NCBI RefSeq assembly: GCF_004010195.1
Contig: NC_057755.1
Coordinates: forward strand, 2,811,498 to 2,875,497
From: Chiloscyllium plagiosum
Taxonomy: Eukaryota
Reading direction: 5' to 3'
DNA length: 64,000 nucleotides
The notes under the pieces were generated by a model, which ran no database searches, was not told the origin of the DNA, and worked only from the letters and a program-made list of their open reading frames with translations. Of the stretch, positions 62,595 to 64,000 are shown one piece after another. Positions within the stretch are counted from its first letter, which is position 1; each line of letters starts with the position of its first letter. The position numbers and the translations under genes are program-made.

Positions 62595-63496
62595 TCATTT
62601 ATTCATAACACGAGGAAATCGTGCAATCTTGTATTTTACTGGATTACTGATCTTTGCTCTGAACCCAGATAATGTTGCTGCATAAATAAATGTATTTGTG
62701 CAACAACTTAAGTTCTGCAGCATGTAACCAACGCTATTAAAGTGAAATAGGAAAGGTGGGTATGTGGCAGTATTGATTCCTTGAATGACATAATATAAGA
62801 AATCTATAACAACTATTAACCACAGGAGGATGAAGCTCCCAGACACAGTGAAGGGTAAAATCACAGATTTCCTTCTGCTCTCCATCTCTGGGTCTCTGTG
62901 ATTCTCTCCTTTGCTCTCACTCTTCAGCCTCTTCCGGACTCGACTGGTCACTAAAATGTGTCGCACAGTCAGAGCATTGAGCAATGGAATTAAAACGAAT
63001 GGCAGTAAAGGGGTCAAAACTGTATCAAGCCAATCTAATGGCACCCACCAAGTCTCAGTATGGTAGCTTAATTTTGTATCATAGTAGAATGGCACATTGT
63101 TGATGATCGTCCAAGGTTCATATTGAAAATAGAAGGGGATATTTTTCAAACAGAATAGGGTGCAGGTTGTTGCTAGAACCATAGTCGCAGTTTTCTCAGT
63201 GCAATATTTTGCTTTCAGCTTTTGACAACAAATGGTCACAAACCGGTCAAAGGAGAAAGTGTCGGTGAACCAGACAGAGCAGTCCCTCGCAACACGTAGC
63301 AGGACTCCAGTAACACTACACACAGGAGTGATATCCAGGAAAGACCGTGGGTAATAATAATAGGGAAATCTGTCCAGTATAACATCAGTGATAATGACCA
63401 TCAGATCGGCAGCTGCCATAACCAACAGGTAACGAGTAGTACAGGAGTAAATACCGCACTTTCCCCGGGGAAGAGTAACAACCACCAGCAAATTAA
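62595..63496 (-). CDS. Duplicate GPR139/GPR142-like GPCR long exon, frame open but with likely damaging substitutions
   Basis: Same acceptor and motifs as 53167-54068, with 15 amino-acid differences including ECL2 C>Y and TM3 V>D. Confidence 0.88.
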
Positions 63497-63630
63497 CTGT
63501 GAAAGAGAAATGGGAAAAGACATGGTCAATTACTGACAGAAATGTCACCTGTCTGTTCCAGAGGGCAAAAATAAGATTTTACCACCAAAACCTGACACAC
63601 TGTGGTTGGGGTTGAGTGAGTTTGAATTTT

Positions 63631-63927
63631 AAGATTAGATTAGATTACAGTGTGAAAACAGGCCCTTCGGCCCAACAAGTCCACACCGACCCACCGAAGC
63701 ACAAACCACCCTACATTTACCCCTTCCCTAACACTACAGGCAACTTAGCATGGCCAATTCACCTGGCCTGCACATCTTTGGACTGTGGGAGGAAACTGGA
63801 GCACCAAGAGGAAACCCACGCAGACACGGGGAGAACGTGCAAACTCCACACAGTCAGTCACCTGAGGCGGGAATTGAACCCGGGTCTCTGAGGCAGCAGT
63901 GCTAGCCACTGTGCCACCGTGCCACCC
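63631..63927 (-). mobile_element. HE1-type V-SINE, duplicate of 54203-54514
   Basis: Same position relative to the exon. Small deletions relative to the first copy. Confidence 0.93.
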
Positions 63928-64000
63928 AAGATGTTCAATCCACCTCCGATTGTCCTCCAGCCCAATCATTCCTGTGATTACGGAGATGGCACAGAGATTG

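Larger units (their letters stand above)
50329..64000. repeat. Tandem segmental duplication containing the GPCR exon
   Basis: 50329-50790 matches 56311-56767, and 50787-~54587 matches 59967-64000. The second unit has extra sequence at 56768-59970 and a 257-bp tandem repeat (61162-61418 and 61419-61675). Confidence 0.95.

Overview
Vertebrate genomic DNA, most likely a shark or ray (inferred from HE1-type V-SINEs and abundant CR1 LINEs). It is AT-rich, mostly transposon-derived, and has four assembly gaps (1616-2046, 8304-8803, 12873-13437, 55811-56310). The only host-gene content is a cluster of rhodopsin-class, GPR139/GPR142-like GPCR pieces: two open minus-strand long exons (53167-54068 and 62595-63496) inside a tandem segmental duplication, a plus-strand copy disrupted by a SINE just inside its splice acceptor (1339-2154), and an orphan first exon (16122-16188). 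Mobile DNA includes a head-to-tail array of three Tx1-clade LINEs. The middle one begins with nucleotides 1-37 of U2 snRNA (Keno-like) and the last is an ORF1-only derivative. Also present are many CR1 copies, an L1, Penelope-like GIY-YIG fragments and derived palindromic elements with minimal hammerhead-ribozyme motifs, a Gmr1-like Gypsy with SCAN-like gag, class I endogenous retrovirus pol/env remnants, a 29-bp minisatellite and a small CpG island with 38-bp repeats. All assignments are by eye from motifs, and element boundaries are approximate unless stated.
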